From an uncultured Collinsella sp. (lineage in GTDB: Bacteria > Actinomycetota > Coriobacteriia > Coriobacteriales > Coriobacteriaceae), in assembly GCA_902494855.1 (NCBI GenBank), contig CABUVC010000001.1, forward strand, positions 1-34,175: 34,175 bases of DNA, given 5' to 3'. The first letter of the stretch is position 1, and every line of letters starts with the position of its first letter. Positions 32,859-34,175 of this stretch are shown one piece after another. A model generated the notes under the pieces. It saw only the letters and a list, made by a program, of their open reading frames with translations. It had not been told where the DNA came from and did not search any database. The position numbers and the translations under genes are program-made.

Positions 32859-34175
32859 ATGGCAGATTCCACCACCGATTACAACAATCTAGATCCCTTG
32901 GGTGACGAGGCGGCGGTTGTCGATGAGGTCGACGCCGCCGTCTCGGGCGCTCGCAAGAAGCCGCGCGCTGTCGATATGGTGCCAGAGGAGCCCGACGCGA
33001 TGGCGCCGGACGAGGAATACCAGCTCACGCCGGCGGGTCGTCGCGAACGCATCGGGCAGATTGTTCGCCTGGTCAAAAAGTACCGTGTGTGGGATAACCT
33101 CACGCCGGTTCGTTTGCGCCGCCTGCTCGAGGAACTCGGCCCCATGTTCGTCAAGATGGGGCAGATTCTGGCCAACCGGTCCGAGATTCTGCCGCAACGC
33201 TTTTGCGATGAGCTGCGCCGCTTGCGCTCCGACGTGGAGCCGGTGCCGTACGAGGTAGTGCTCCGCTGCTTGGAAGAGGAATACGGCCTGCGCCTGGGGG
33301 AGATGTTCGATGCGATCGACCCCAATCCGCTTGGTAGCGCATCGCTCGCGCAGGTGCACCGCGCTCGTCTGGTGACGGGCGAGGACGTGGCCGTCAAGGT
33401 GCAGCGCCCCGGTGCGCAGCAGGTTATGGCACAGGACATCGATATCATCCGCTCGGTGGTGCGTATCGTTTCCAAGTTCGTCAACACCGATCAATTTGTT
33501 GACCTGCACGGCGTAGTCGAGGAGTTGTGGACCTCGTTTCGCGAGGAGACCAACTTTTTGGCCGAGGCCAAAAACCTCAACGACTTCTACGAGTTCCATA
33601 AGAGCGTTCATGGCGTGACGTGTCCTAAATCCTATCTGGACCTGTGCACCGAGCACGTGGTGGTTATGGACTACGTCGACGGCATTTCGATCGCCGATCC
33701 CGAACGCTTGGTGGCCGAGGGCTATGACTTGGAAAAGATCGGTGCCGCGATTGTCGAGGACTACTCGACGCAGGTGCTCGATGACGGTTTTTTCCATGCC
33801 GACCCGCATGCGGGAAACATCATTCTCAAGGACGGCATCGTCTACTTTATCGACTTGGGCATGGTCGGACGCATGTCGAGTCACGATCGCGGTATCGTCA
33901 AGGACATGATTTTCGCCGTGGCCGAGGGTGACGTGCCCAAGCTCAAGGATTCGCTCATGCGCTTCGCCGTGACGCGTGGCGACTCGGCTGAGCTCGATCA
34001 TTCGGCCTTTTTGTCCGATTTGGACTTTATCGTGGCTGACTTTGCGGGCCTTGACCTGAAGGATCTGGATATCGGTGAGTTTTTGACCTCGCTGTTAAAC
34101 CTGGCGCGCAAAAACGACGTTGAGCTGCCGAGCGTGGTGACGATGTTCGCGCGCGGCATGGTGACGCTCGAGGGC
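32859..34175 (+). CDS. AarF/ABC1/UbiB family atypical kinase (3' end outside the window; absent from ORF track because no stop)
   Basis: Hand translation from ATG 32859 gives RLRRLLEELGPMFVKMGQ, PLGSASLAQVHRA, VAVKVQRPG, GFFHADPHAGNI, IDLGMVG. Confidence 0.92.
   Translation, partial: MADSTTDYNNLDPLGDEAAVVDEVDAAVSGARKKPRAVDMVPEEPDAMAPDEEYQLTPAGRRERIGQIVRLVKKYRVWDNLTPVRLRRLLEELGPMFVKMGQILANRSEILPQRFCDELRRLRSDVEPVPYEVVLRCLEEEYGLRLGEMFDAIDPNPLGSASLAQVHRARLVTGEDVAVKVQRPGAQQVMAQDIDIIRSVVRIVSKFVNTDQFVDLHGVVEELWTSFREETNFLAEAKNLNDFYEFHKSVHGVTCPKSYLDLCTEHVVVMDYVDGISIADPERLVAEGYDLEKIGAAIVEDYSTQVLDDGFFHADPHAGNIILKDGIVYFIDLGMVGRMSSHDRGIVKDMIFAVAEGDVPKLKDSLMRFAVTRGDSAELDHSAFLSDLDFIVADFAGLDLKDLDIGEFLTSLLNLARKNDVELPSVVTMFARGMVTLEG

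Overview
High-GC chromosomal segment; gene content and style suggest a gut Coriobacteriaceae such as Collinsella (inference). Left half (1-19.2 kb, all + strand): a DNA-metabolism and stress cluster of addB-like nuclease (5' truncated), addA-like helicase-nuclease, dnaE, a SWIM-SNF2 ATPase, a superoxide reductase lacking the desulforedoxin centre, a full-length NadE-like protein with both active sites apparently dead, a ruvCAB operon preceded by an SOS box, and fhs. A ~9.7 kb mixed-orientation accessory block follows: PASTA-like membrane protein, ND-DD CDF transporter, double zinc-ribbon protein, YhcG/DUF1016 nuclease, small PH-like protein, Tat-exported sortase-anchored lectin/PI-PLC, a lipoprotein and two candidate small RNAs. 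This block separates fhs from fchA-folD. The window ends with a C69 dipeptidase, a phasin-like protein and a 3'-truncated AarF/UbiB kinase. Four mutually unrelated long inverted-repeat elements (REP/MITE-like) sit at gene junctions, with no transposase in the window. No tRNA, rRNA, CRISPR array or integrase was seen. Best leads: the NadE pseudoenzyme, the orphan structured RNA at ~23.3 kb, the surface PI-PLC and the palindromic elements.
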